Position numbers and translations under genes: made by a program
In this document: piece after piece, positions 7,174-7,354 of the stretch
Numbering within the stretch: position 1 is the first letter of the stretch
Layout: each line of letters opens with the position of its first letter
The notes under the pieces: generated by a model
The model's database searches: none
Told to the model about the DNA's origin: nothing
The model's input: the letters and a program-made list of their open reading frames with translations, nothing else
NCBI RefSeq assembly: GCF_006345805.1
Contig: NW_021828940.1
Span: 1-7,354, forward strand
From: Octopus sinensis
Lineage: Eukaryota
Direction: 5' to 3'
Length of the DNA stretch: 7,354 nucleotides

Positions 7174-7354
7174 GGCAGAAACGTTAGCATGCCGGGCGAA
7201 ATGCTTAGCGGTATTTCATCTGCCGTTACGTTGTGAGTTCAAATTCCGCCGAGGTCGACTTTGCCTTTCATCCTCTCGGGGGTCGATAAATTAAGTACCA
7301 GTTACGCACTGGGGTCGATGTAATCGACTTAATACCTATGTCTGTCCTTGTTTG
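7173..7354 (+). mobile_element. tRNA-derived SINE (head and central region), slightly 5'-clipped, running off the right window edge
   Basis: A-box-like TGGCAGAAACGTTAGC (7173-7188) and B-box-like AGTTCAAATTCC (7236-7247). The following GCCTTTCATCCT...GGTCGATAAATTAAGTACCAG resembles a conserved metazoan SINE central domain (from memory, Octopus-type SINE). Confidence 0.75.

Noticed and set aside
7173-7250. Functional tRNA gene
   Set aside because: A and B boxes are present but no complete cloverleaf, and it continues into SINE body sequence.

Overview
This is AT-rich, microsatellite-dense eukaryotic DNA made almost entirely of stacked, decayed transposable elements. I can support no host gene. 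The flanking SINE-like repeats resemble, from memory only and unverified, abundant octopus/cephalopod repeats. (1) The main element is a ~3.9 kb, near full-length non-LTR retrotransposon of the restriction-like-endonuclease (RLE) type, most similar to the R4/Dong/Rex6 clade. It lies on the minus strand (~467-4392) and has an N-terminal helical/Myb-like region, an RT (YMDD), a CCHC knuckle and an RLE. Its A10 tail runs into a (TAA)5 tract, and a 17-nt target-site duplication is possible. The ORF is broken by frameshifts, a stop, and a deletion that removes the endonuclease 'PD' aspartate. (2) A G-poor plus-strand segment (~5580-6406) contains a minimal hammerhead ribozyme motif (6287-6333) of the type found in Penelope-like elements. 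It sits back-to-back, across a (TTA)n tract, with a G-poor, decayed minus-strand ORF (4841-5508). (3) A decayed Helitron Rep-helicase linker fragment (minus, ~6543-7173) is missed by most of the ORF track and is wedged between two truncated SINE-like pieces. The components belong to known families, so I do not claim a new system. The most notable signals are the hammerhead with the inverted PLE-like arrangement and the TAA-targeted R4/Dong insertion.
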